From positions 102,362,001-102,426,000 of the forward strand of contig OX597814.1 of assembly GCA_951406725.2 (NCBI GenBank): a DNA stretch of 64,000 nucleotides, in the 5' to 3' direction. Origin of the DNA: Octopus vulgaris. Lineage: Eukaryota. Made by a program: the position numbers and the translations under genes. Below are positions 37,057-49,030 of this stretch, one piece after another. Numbering within the stretch: position 1 is the stretch's first letter; each line of letters begins with the position of its first letter. The notes beneath the pieces were generated by a model that was given only the letters and a program-made list of their open reading frames with translations, searched no databases and was not told where the DNA came from.

Positions 37057-40000
37057 AGTCTATTCAAGCGTTTTCAGTCTATTACCTCACAAAATTGTTA
37101 CATCAGATGACCTTTTTTTTATCTTTTTACTTCTTACCTATTTCAATCATTGGCATATGGCCTAGCTGGAGCATCACCTTGAAGGGATTTAGTTGAATAA
37201 ATCAACCGTAGTACTTAGTTTTTAAGAGAGATATCTGTTCTATTGATTTCTTTTGCCAAACTGCAAAGCTACAGTGATGTGTAGAAACCAACACTAGTTG
37301 CCAAGTGGAGCTTCTTAACCAAACAACCATATCTGCTCAATATCTTGAAATTATTTCTCCCCCCCCCCCACACACACACACTTTATAGTGCTTTGTTAAC
37401 AATTATCACCAGGTTAAACGAAAAATTATAATAGAATATTTTATATTGCATCATGTCCAAATTTTAATACAAAATCTTAAAATTCCACAACAGCCTTTAA
37501 TAATGGTTCTTACTCCTTAAGTTGCAGTGTGAATGGATCAACAGGTCTTAAATACTGTGTGTTTATTAACAAAGAAGTAACTAGTTAAAACATGAATATC
37601 ATGTGTTTCCGTTAAAAAACAACAAAACAATGAGATTGTGAGTGGTACCCATTTTTATATGTCAATAGAAAACCATGCTTATTCTGTGTTCTCGGTATTG
37701 TTTTTAAATGAAAGTGAAGAAGATATTAGTCTTTCTCTTTTAGAAAATACATCTGCAACAATACTTGGACACGTCGGTGATGTATCCTAGAGTGTCTGGG
37801 TGTTTCAAGTCTTACAGCTTACACTCTCATCCAGGTGACCCAACCTAGGTTACTGTTATTGTTTAACCCTTTTCATACCAACCTGCCCAAAACAGTCCTG
37901 GTTCTTTGATAAAAAAATTGCTGTTTCTAATTGATAAAAGTAAAACCATCCTTTAAAATTCCATGTTAATTTATGTTTTAAACATCAGTCTAATTCTGAA
38001 AATGTAAGACAAACAATATCAAGATTTTGAAAAGAAATTACTTTCAACTGAGGGTTAAGAAATAACTTTATTAGTGGCGGAGTTAGTTGTAAAACAAATG
38101 AAAATATACATTATTTGAGAAAGGGTTGGCTGTAAAATATTACTGAAAAACCAAGCTTAAATTAAAGTGAAGTAAGTGTGTAGATGACTTACCACACAAC
38201 ATAGCATTTTTTAATTTTTTTTACAGAATCTCTAGATTCCCAGTGCTAGCAAATATAACAGGTAACAGTCAGTTTTTAACATTAATATGTTTTGAGATAA
38301 GTGAAAAAAAACCCAACTGATTTTGTTGCAATGAGTTGAAACAAGCAATATCAAGGTATTTTCACCATTTTATCTTATTTGAAATCCCACATTTTGTTAT
38401 GGACCTCATGTGTTGGAATTTGCGTTAATATTGCTCCTTCAATGATTAAATCAGGAAAGGGGTTTAATACAATTATTTGTCAATCCAAAAATCTTGATGT
38501 TATAATAACCAACTGCTTCTTTTTCTGTATCGGAAAATTCTTATTTCAAAAGTATTGAATTTAAAATAAGTTTTTAATATCATTGAGAACATAGTTAGTT
38601 CTATAAAACAGAGTTCTCTCATTTAAGTCTTAATTGTATGCAAAGTATTGTGAATCTATGAAAAAAATTATGTAACTCTTATGTTACATAACAATGTTAA
38701 ATAGCTGTCATCAAAAAATTGCTAACAAGGGTATATGAGCTGTGCTAACATCTACTTTCTTCTTCATAGACAATAATAAAGTCTTAAGGATAAAAAGTGG
38801 CTGCAACATGTAGCCTGTATAGATATTTATCACTTGTAAAACACAAAGCACTGTAGCATGCATGGCCCAATAGAAAATCTTCTAACTTCAGCTGACAAAT
38901 GTCTTACATTTGGAAAAAGAAAAAATATATCTTAATTTCATTCAGATTCAGACTCACATTACCAAGAGGTTATCCTGTTGATTGCCATTCATTTGGAATC
39001 ATTGGTATTTTCCTTCTTTTCTGCTTGAATTCTGTGACTGGTTTATAAACTCCTTTGTTGGACTAGTTCCAACTCTGAAAATCTACTCAATCTAAAACAG
39101 GAAGAAAATATAGCTGAACTACATTGTCTTTGAACCATGAAGATGAAAAATTTATGAAGCACCACATGATGGGTTTTTGTACTTCAAAAAAAGAAGAAAT
39201 CATTTGATGTCATCAAAAGCAATAGCTTTATTATGAGCTTGCAAGTTTTATCATAATGAACAAATCATTTTTAGAGTATAAAAATAATCATTTACTGTTT
39301 GCCGAGAAAAGGCTGCTGATATTTTTGTTTTTTGATACCAGAATTTTACGACAAAGTTAGAAACACTGTTGTTGAACTGATCACAAACTTGGAAAAATCT
39401 GTCTGAAACAGGAAGTACATACATATGAAGCTTCACTTAATGTGTTTTGGACTTCAAAAAGAAAAGAATCTCCTTTGATCTCACAAAAGCAATAGCTAGA
39501 TTGCTACAGCTTTCCATTTCTTCACAAAAAAAAAAAAAGCTTTTTTTTTTCGTTGTGACTAACAAATCCTCTTAAGATTAAAAAACATACAAATCCTCTA
39601 CTGTATGTCAAGGAAGAAAATCTGCAAAATGTGCTTGTCAACAATTAGACCAAGAACTCAACAATTGTACAAAATGTGAAACAAACCAAAGCGTTGTTAT
39701 GGAGATAATCTTTGTATTGATTTTGACTGAGTATATTTTTATTTTCATTGATAAATAAATTTTGTCTGGATTAAATATTTACATTTGTCTTTGAGTTAGA
39801 TTATAGAATCTCATGTGTTTTATATATGATTGCATCAGATAATGATGGTGTGCATGCGTGTGTGTGTGTGCTTGCGTGCGTGTACATGTGTGAGTGCATA
39901 CTCTTTTACTTGTTTCAGTCATTTGACTGTTGCCATGCTGGAGCACTGCCTTTCAGTCGAGCAAATCGACCCCAGGACTTATTCTTTGTAAGCCTAGTAC

Positions 40001-40939
40001 TTATTCTATCGGTTTCTTTTGCCGAACTGCTAAGTTACAGGGACGTAAACACACCAGCATCGGTTGTCAAACTTATGTATATCATTATCATGATGATGAT
40101 GGGTCAATGGATAGATGGACTGCTGAGTGTGTAAATATAAACACATGTGTAGGAATGGTAAGTAGTCTGCTTACAAACCACATGATTCCGGGTTCAGTCC
40201 TACTGTGTGGAACCTTGGTCAAGTGTTTTCTACTATAGCCTCAGGCCGACCAAGGCTTTGTGAGTGGATTTGGTAGGCGGAAACTGAAAGAAGCCTGTCG
40301 TATATATGTATGTGTGTGTGTGTATGTTTGTGTGTCTGTGTTTGTCCCCCCAACATCACTTGACAACCGATGCTGATGTGTTTACATCCCCGTAACTTAG
40401 CAGTTCGGCAAAAGAGACCGATAGAATAAGTACTAGGCTTACAAAGAATAAGTCCTGGGGTTGATTTGCTCGACTAAAAAGGCAGTGCTCCAGCATGGCC
40501 ACAGTCAAATGACTGAAACAAGTAAAAAAGGTAAAAGTGAGAGTTACATTATCAAATGTATCTTTCGTTTTCTTAGATGGTGGGTGTAATTTGGGAAGAT
40601 TTAGCTGCATCAACTTCATAGAGGTTCTTTCTGTGGTTTATATTCATCTGAATTTTTGTGAAGTGTAACTGAGAAGGTATTTAAAAGTATGCTACTTTGG
40701 TAAACTGAAATAATATGATTATAATTTGTGATGACTAATTCTGTGACATAACTAGGAAGTGCAAGCTTTGTAATCATCACCACCATCATCAGTGCCATTA
40801 TCATCACATTTATCATCATCATCATCATCATCATCATTATACCATCATTGTTTTAACAATGATGATGATGATGATGATGCCTGCAATATGTCATCATATG
40901 CTTCTCTGTGTGTGTGTACATATTTACTGACAGATAGAC

Positions 40940-40992
<53 letters not shown>

Positions 40993-41367
40993 ATGTGTGT
41001 AGGTGTATTGTCTATAAAGAGCAGGAGTGACTCAATACAAGGTGTAGAGTATAATCATATTTATTTGGCTGAAGTCTTTTACTCCTAAACAGAATTTCAT
41101 AATTACTCATTCTGCAATGCATATGCTGTTAATTCACACTGAAGAAACAACGTTCTAGTCCAGGACCTCACTGTTTCATTGGTTGACACTGACCATGTGA
41201 GTCATGGGGTGTTAATTCGTAACTGTAAAACACTTTTCAGAAATATGTAGAGAAGGGCACTCTATTATTAAGGAGGGAACTATACTTCTCTTAATAGTAA
41301 GAACTGACATTTAACCTAATACATACATACATACATACATACGCACGCACGCACACACACACATACA

Positions 41368-42214
41368 TAGTGCGATGGGTAAATTGTCGCCATTTTATAT
41401 TTTTAATTTTTTGCATGCTCATTGTTTTTGATTTTGTCAACTACACAGTCAGTTGGGCACTGTTTGTGAGTAAAACAGCATCATGATGCAATTCACTCTG
41501 CTAGAAATTTGGGAATGACATGCTGTATTGCTTGGCATTCGTGCTGGAAGCTCCAATATGAATGTTCCAGAGTGCTTGGGTGTCAATCTGAGGACATGTA
41601 CCAAGAGTGATAAAAATCAAACATCCAGTCAACATCATGGTGCTTGGAGTGATCACTAGTGATGGCGGCGTTATGCCTCCATTCATCTTCCCACATGGCC
41701 TCAGACTCAACAGGGAAGCCTACATCAAGTACCTGGTGGAGGCAGTGCTGCTCTGGGTCAAGAGAGTGGCTGCTGGAAGACCCTATGCCTGGAAACAGGA
41801 CTTTGCACCATACAACACAAACAGGAGAACCCAGTCATAGCTGTCAGATAATTTCTGCAACCACACCACTCCTAACATCTGGCAACCTAACTCCCTAGAC
41901 TGCAACCCCCTTGATTATTATGTGTGGGGCGCAGTTAGGTTAGAGACCAACAAAACTCTTTGTAACACCAAAGATGAAGGCAAGGATTATGGTAGCATTC
42001 ACCAACTTAAACAAGGAGACCATCCAAAAGAGTTGCAGGAGATTCTGAAGTCGTCTGAAGGCCATGGTTGAAGCCAATGGCAATTTTATTGAATAAATTT
42101 ACTCTTTTGTATTTCAAGATATCTTCATGTAATTTTAGTAAATATATCGGTAAAAATGCGATGTCATTGTTATTTTCATTTTTGCATAATTTAGACGACA
42201 GTTTATTCACCATA

Positions 42215-42218
<4 letters not shown>
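41368..42218 (+). mobile_element. maT-type (DD37D) Tc1/mariner element, internally deleted
   Basis: KHPVNIMVLGVITSDG..MPPFIF...QDFAP...W.PNSLDCNPLDYYVWG, with 37 positions between the second and third D. Imperfect TIRs (GATGGGTAAATTGTCGCC / GACGACAGTTTATTCACC). Confidence 0.88.
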
Positions 42219-42282
<64 letters not shown>

Positions 42283-42350
42283 ACTGTGTGTGTACCGTTG
42301 GCGATTTTTTCCCCTCCGTCTTCCCTTCTCTGGATCTTTCTTTTTCCTAT

Positions 42351-42385
42351 GTTTCTGACAAAGAGCTCCGCTCGAAATGTAAAAC
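42351..42385 (+). ncRNA. Minimal type-I hammerhead ribozyme motif within a ~200-bp (TA)n-flanked element (42277-42485)
   Basis: GTTT-CTGACAA-A-[GAGC TCC GCTC]-GAAA-TG-TA-AAAC. Stems I and II pair. The two deviations (G8>A and stem-III C>T) are both CpG-decay-type changes. Confidence 0.72.
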
Positions 42386-42820
42386 CCTCCTTCCCTTCCT
42401 TCCTGAGCGTCCAATAATACTATATTTGTTCCACGTCCTCACGTTGTTGTGTTTTCATGCTTGGATTAACTTTATATATATATATTTCATGTTCTTATTA
42501 TTAACCAAATTAATTTTTTTCCATAAATAATTGTCAGTTAAGACCATCTTTCCAACCAGAGTGGCTGTTAGTGAAATAAGTTGAAATGAATTGGCTTCAA
42601 GTGCAAATGGAAACTGTTTTGATAACTCTTGCATATTAGGTAATATTTATCCCCACTTAAACGTGGATATTCTGTTAGAACAAATTATACTGCAGTCGTT
42701 ATCATGAGAAAAACTCTCATATTGGCATGAAGGTGAATCACTTACTACCTCTAGTGGATGAGCATCCATCATTGACAAGTCCAAGGAATGTAGAAATCAT
42801 GTGATCTGGAATCATGTGAC

Positions 42821-43055
42821 AAGGCGTCAAGCTAGCAGAATCGTTAGCAGGCCAGGCAAAATGCTGAGCGGTATTTTGTCTGCCATTATGTTCTGAGTTC
42901 AAATTCCGCTGAGGTCGACTTTGCCTTTCATCCCTTCAGGGTTGATAAATTAAGTACCAGTTACGTACTGGGGTCGATGTAATTGACTTAATCCGTTGTC
43001 TGTCCTTGTTTGTACCCGCTATGTTTAGCCCCTTGTGGGCAATAAAGAAATAAGA
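42821..43055 (+). mobile_element. SINE-B copy with 19-bp TSD
   Basis: AGAAATCATGTGATCTGGA at 42792-42810 and 43053-43071. Confidence 0.9.
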
Positions 43056-43489
43056 AATCATGTGATCTGGAGGTGGTGGGGATTTATTTCCCCACCAGTG
43101 ATATAAACAAGAGTGAATTTTACACCAAAACCAATATATGAGCTTTTCTCGTGGTAAGTACTGCAATATAGTTTGTGCTAATAGAACATCCACTTTTATG
43201 TGGGAATAAATACTGCCTCTATTGTTAATAAGTATTTGTTAACAATCTGCATATTTTAGGGTTTGGGGTTGAATTATAGCTGTGAAAAGCAATATCAACT
43301 TTTCATGATATATCAATGCACAACAATGAAATATGGGTATTCTAAAATATCTAACTTTGCATTTATGAGTCACATGTAAAGTGAAGTGTTTGTTGTTGTT
43401 GAAAGCTCACCATGAAGGTCACTGATTTGCTACATTGATTGTGTATTGCATGACAGTGTCTGCTAATGTAATAATAATAATAATAGTAA

Positions 43490-43861
43490 TAATAAGCACT
43501 CAAGCACTCAAACAGTGCAAGCCTTTGCCAAGGCAACACCAATGTTCTCTCAACAATTAGCTGGAGATAATTTTTTTAAATGAGAATATCTGAAATAAAC
43601 TCGACTGCTCTCACGAACAAGAATATTAAAAATGAACCCAACTACTCTCAGAAATTAACTAAAAGAAAAAACGAAAAATAATCCAGAATTCTTGTCTGGT
43701 ACCAAATCAATCCCCAAATCAAATCAGTTTGTGCCAGTCATGAGGCCAAACATCCCTGAAAGTTTCATCCTAATCCATCCAGCGGTTCTTGAGATATCTT
43801 GTCCATGAACAAACAAACAAGCATAACTGAAAACAATACCTCCACCTTTGCTAAGGCAGAG

Positions 43862-43863
<2 letters not shown>
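43490..43863. mobile_element. Helentron-associated (HINE/DINE-like) non-autonomous element
   Basis: Subterminal inverted motifs CCTTTGCCAAGG / AAGGCAGAGGT, a 3' stem-loop, an internal (AAAC)n tract, and typical GAAAGTTTCATCC.AATCCATCCAGCGGTTCTTGAGATATC text. Sits in (TAA)n/(TAG)n. Confidence 0.55.
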
Positions 43864-43900
<37 letters not shown>

Positions 43901-44001
43901 ATTAATAACAACAACTTCATACATTGCCCCCAAGATCACAAATTAATTGAGGAAGGAATATCAGGTTTAGTGTAAAAATAATTGGGATATTGACCATCAA
44001 C

Positions 44002-44217
44002 TTAAACTCTTTGGCATTCAGGTTATTCTGTCAAATGTAATGCTTATTTCTTCACATTATTTTAATTAATCATGCATTATCTTGTAGCTTTGAGATTTCA
44101 ATGACATAACTTGATTTTTAGGATTACATTGTGGGGTAGATGTCGGGTAGAGCTGAATATAAAACAGGTAGAATATTTAGGCCTGATATGAACAGTTTAA
44201 ATGCTGAAGGGTTTAAG
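44002..44217. mobile_element. TTAA-type MITE family 2
   Basis: TTAA..CT...GGGTTTAA ends. Homologous copies at ~55435-55590, 55735-55938 and 56097-56318. Confidence 0.6.
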
Positions 44218-45189
44218 CAATTTCGTCTCACCTCAGAATAAACTTTATTGACCAAATTAGTGATTGTGCAGGCATGGCTCTGTGGTTAACAAGTTCATTT
44301 TGCAACAACATGGCTTCAGGTTCAGTATTACTGCATGGTACTTGGGATAAATGTCTTCTACAATAGGCCCAAGCAGACTAATTGCTTTATGAGTGAATTT
44401 GATAGAAACTGTGTGGAACCCTGTTGTGAGTGAGTGTGTGTGTGTAAGTAAAACCTTTAGCATAACTCAATAGACTGAAATCTGCACTTCAAAATGGTTT
44501 ATCACATGGACATGAACATAGTTTAAAATTTATTTCAAAATAAGCATCAACGTTTAAATTAATAAAAAAAAAAACGAAAGAAAGAAAAAAAACTGATTAT
44601 TTTTGCACCAATATTATGTTATTAGTAGTACTATGTAAATAAGAACTCCCGGGTCTTTGTATTTAATTGGACCACATTCATTTCTGCTCACATCTGTGAA
44701 TTCCCTCATCCATACATTCATTTAACTGTAGTAAAGCCTTGTAAATGTAAAATAAAGTATCAGTCAAGTAAAGTACCGGTAACTCCTTCCTCTCAAAACT
44801 GATGGTCTTGTGTAAATCTTTCTGGAATATAGAAAAGGCATAGAAAGTATTTTCAAATGCCTCAACCTATCACAGAAGAATATGAACCTGTATTTCAGTA
44901 GTCCTCAACTTGTTGAAGTTTATGTGCAATAAATTGTTGATACTTCTATACTACACAAAATATTTTAACAATGTTTAAATACAATTCCTAATAACATTTA
45001 TAAAAATATAGTAGGACTTTTTCATCCAAGTAAAAAAAAATGTAAGGCACTCATGAGAATCCTCTCACCTTCTAATGATGATTTCTTTCATAGACACAAA
45101 TTCACAATATTACCTTTATGTCTGTGACAGTGTTAATGCTACGCATATTTAATAAATAAATATATAAAATACAGAGATCTTTTTGTGTA

Positions 45190-46500
45190 GAAAGTGTTTT
45201 GATCTGAGATCGTGTGTACTAAAGCGATTTCAGCGTGAAAGGCGTTAAGTTAACCACTCAAAAACACACAAAAACCGGTAACTATGGTTTCCGCTCTTCG
45301 AAGCTCCTTTCGTCAAACCCTTTCTCGTCCCTCTGGCCAACCCCAAGCGCCTCCTTTTTGGAATCCCTCGCCCCGTTTACGTTTTTCTTGCAATCCCTTC
45401 CTTCTGAATACCTCACTCTCCCGTCTCTATCCCCGCATAAAAGTCGATTTAATCTGATATAGAAAGATTTAAATAGTAGACTAGTGAGACTTGAACTCGA
45501 AACGTAAACTAAACACCACCAGTTACAAAAAGTTCACAAAGCAATAGTAAAATAATTTTACCAGTGTTCTTATCATGAAAGTAATTTCTAAACGCAGGCA
45601 TATTCCCACCCCTTTAAATCAGTATCTCATGCTTTTATTTATGCGAGGGAGTGGGGCAAAAAGTTAGTCCTCATCGTGGAAATGTGAATGACATCTTGGC
45701 GCTATTCATTTAAATTCAGTATTCAGTTGAATCTATTAACAGCTTCCGGCTTTTCCCGTTCTCGAATCTTTTACTTTTCTCTTTTTTGTTTCCCTTTCTA
45801 TATTAATCAACCAAAAACATTAAGTATTTCTTTTCTCCACTTAAGTTGTTGTCATGTTATGACTAACTTTTCTATGTTGATAGTCGCGTATTCTGTGACT
45901 GTTAACATGGCCCCACCCTAAACCTCTTTCAATCACAACAACCCCGCATACAACAATTGCACGACCTCCTCTTCTAGCGCCAACTCATTTTTCAGATATC
46001 CTTCGTCGTCACACTATACTCCATTCTGCTTTTTCCTTTTTCTTCTCTCATTTTCTCCTCTTTCTCTTTGACAAATAGCACCCCCATTGGTATCATGACT
46101 CATATAATCAAGTTACATAAGTTTGTTGTATTCCTTCTGAAGAGAGAAAAGAAAAGTGGGTGAATACGTCGTAAAAAGATTACTTTGTATACCAGTTTGG
46201 CAAGATGGTGCTATCACTGACTGTGATGTTTTTGACACTGTTTACCCTTTGAGGTTGTGTAATGTACTATATTTCATTTACAAGGTTTATCTGTTTTGGA
46301 AGTCCTTGCAACCACTTTGATGATTGGGTTGGGAAGTGTAACTGAGGGGAGTGGAAGTAGCGAGGGCAACAGAAGAAAGACTAATGTAAATAGATTTGAT
46401 ATATAACCGTTTCCTTTGCATTGTATCTATCAATACATACGCACACACACACACACGTCTCTCTCTCTCTCTCCCTCTCCCCTCTCTCAAAGCATTTCCT
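45190..46500. promoter_or_regulatory. CpG-retaining, promoter-like unique sequence
   Basis: Visibly higher CpG density than flanks in non-repeat DNA; ETS-like CTTCCGG (~45744), YY1-like AACATGGC (~45904), and a candidate minus-strand donor AAG|GTAATA near 45113. Confidence 0.35.
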
Positions 46501-46548
46501 CTTTAGCCGCCTTTAACTGATAAAGTACAGGCGGCATTGTATTAGATA

Positions 46549-47064
46549 CTAGCAGTATCGCCCGGCGTTGCTCGGGTTTGTAAGGGAAATAACTATATAA
46601 GCATTTTTAGAGAGTTACTTCCCTTATAGATGCCAATTCGGGCTTTCTTAGCCATTTCTGTTTTGGTGTCTTCAAGCCATGAAGTCGTTGTTCTAAAAGA
46701 ACGCTGGTCTCCTTGACAACGCTTTACGACGTTGATTTCCTTACACTCCCTTCCCCACAGCTTCACGAGGGAGGGAAGAAGGGGGAGAAGCAAACAGGTG
46801 CAGGTGTGACCATGGACGCCAACTCCGCCGCCATCGACACACGAAAAATTATGCATTAAAATGGAATAAAAAAATGATGTTAAATTATTTTTAAAATCGT
46901 AGACTCATCGTAGACGCGCGCGCTAATACTCAGACGGGCTCGATATGAATCACGACTATAAGATACCCGAATTTGGTTAAACTGCACCGCAAAATGTGGG
47001 AGTAGTTAGGAATCTAAATCGAAGGGGACAGACACTCACACAACTACAGTTTTATATATATAGA
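46549..47064 (-). mobile_element. Non-autonomous Helitron
   Basis: Minus strand A|TCTATATATATAAAA ... CCCGAGCAACGCCGGG hairpin, GATACTG, CTAG|T: canonical termini and AT target, no TSD. Confidence 0.88.
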
Positions 47065-47449
47065 TAACTCGTGTAGTAGGAGTAGTTACTACTCCGAGTC
47101 AGTTGGGATATTGCACTGACTAGCCAAAAGAACGATTTCGTATCTTGATTGTGGCACGATCTCTGTATCTACGATGGATATTTTGGTACTGCTCACTGCT
47201 TTGTGCAACATAGGAAAGGATATCATAATTCTTTTCTTACATTTTTTTATAAGTAAGCAATTTTTAACATTTTTACAGAAAGAAAATTTTTTTTTTAAAT
47301 TGATTATATAATAGATCAAAAGTATCAAGAAAAAAATAACATAACTACCTCACCAAGAAAACAAAGCAAAAGAAAAAAAAAAAACGGAGTGGAAATTAAG
47401 TAGCAGACAGGGTGACATATTGGAGTAACGGGTTGTACACCTCAGAACA

Positions 47450-48060
47450 AATGACATATTTAACTGCGCCTCGTGGACATGATTGTAATAGCGTTACTGC
47501 GGAGAACGGCCAGTGACGCCCGCTGGCTCATTTCTCAGAGCTCTCACATCTCATTTCTGAGACGTGTCGCGGCTATCTTGATTTTGCAGAGAAAATCGGC
47601 AGTGCTGAGTTCGAGAACATTTAAGGTCTCGACGGCAACCAGTACAATTTGACAGCGGCCTGTCAGGTTTCTGTTTTTGTTTTCTTCTTTTTCTTTCCTC
47701 TGCGTTTCGGGCAGCGATACCCGGATTTGCGGCCAATACAACAAAGTTGGAGCCAAAGAACGTGTCGCTGCACGAAGCGTCCTAGGTGAGGGAGCTTACC
47801 ATCCCTGCGGTCAAGACCTAATGACTCCAGTCATGATGGGAAGCCAGCCGCATCGAGGCCCCTTCTAATTATGTCATTCGGAGTGGCATGTCGGAGTAAC
47901 TGGCCCGCGCTATGACCGCAGGATAGCGGATGCAAGCCAAACTCATCGATTACCGCCCCACAACGGCATCTGGGCAGCTCGCGCGGAGACCAAGGCACAG
48001 GGCCACTCTGATACGAGCGCACTCATCATCAAGAAGGATACCGGTTGATGTGACAGCCAC
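47450..48060 (-). mobile_element. CRE-clade non-LTR retrotransposon C-terminal fragment (CCHC knuckle plus restriction-like endonuclease), decayed
   Basis: CRCGAVIDEFGLHPLSCGHSAG..RH...NDIIRRGL.AAGFPS*LESLGLDRRDGK, PGIAARNAEERK, VAVETL and QRASLAVLRSNA follow the CRE RLE motif order (RH..N, E..GL...DG.RPD, AE..K, VET.G, QR.S.A..RGNA). Confidence 0.82.
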
Positions 48061-48611
48061 TGAAATGTGTTACACGTCGCTGCGATAAGAAGGGGGGCGC
48101 TGGCGAGGCGGTAATAAATTGTCTTGGAAGTGATAATAGTTATTTCACACTGAGACCTGAAACTAAAAAAGCAATAATTATGACCAGAATTTGGCATCCC
48201 TATTGAGTCGAAAATTATCTGGTCTGCCAAAAATCCACATTTCTTCGGGTGTATATGATTTGAATACCAGACAACGGATTTGGAAATAAAAAAATGGGGG
48301 TGGGGGAATTTTGTTTCCCTTTTCCGTAAATTTTCGGTTGTGAATCTTTTTGGAAAAAATTTCGGATTTATGTTATATATAATTCTGAAGAATCATAGAT
48401 GTTTAAAGCATAACACAAAAAATATTTTCATAAGGTAAAAACTGAAAAAATTATGGAAGAGTCCTACTACCGCCTCTTTTTACTTAGTTCATAATCTACA
48501 ATGTTTAAAACACAAGTTTGAAGAAATTAGTTTTCGGAGCATTAGTTAATTTTCACTTCAGTTCAATAGTAATGCCTCTGAACTTGAATATATCCTTCTA
48601 GTCATCATTCT

Positions 48612-49030
48612 AAATACCACCTTATATTGGTTTCAAATTATGGCACAAGGCCAGCAATTTCGGAGGAGGGAGTAATTATTTTATCGAGCTCAGAAGGATG
48701 ACGGGCAAAGTTGAATGTGGAAGAATTTGAACTCAGAACATAAAGACAGATGAAATGGCTGCTAAGCATTTTACCCAGTGTACTAATGATTCTACTGCCT
48801 TGTTGCCTTAATACTAGCTTATATTGGTTTCAAATTTTAGCACAAGGCCAGCAATTTGGGGAGCAAGTTGATAACATCGACCTCAGTGTTTTATCGACCC
48901 CAAAAGGATAAAAGGCTAAGTTGACCTTGGCCGAATTTGAACTCAGAACATAAAGATCGATGAAATGCCACTAAGTATTTTGCCCAGCATGGTAATGATT
49001 TTACCAGCTTGCTACCTTAATACCACCTCG
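48612..49030 (-). mobile_element. Head-to-tail dimer of a SINE-B variant
   Basis: Two ~200-bp units, each beginning TTATATTGGTTTCAAATT..GCACAAGGCCAGCAATTT, bracketed by AATACCACCT-like repeats at ~48613, ~48810 and ~49019. Confidence 0.75.
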
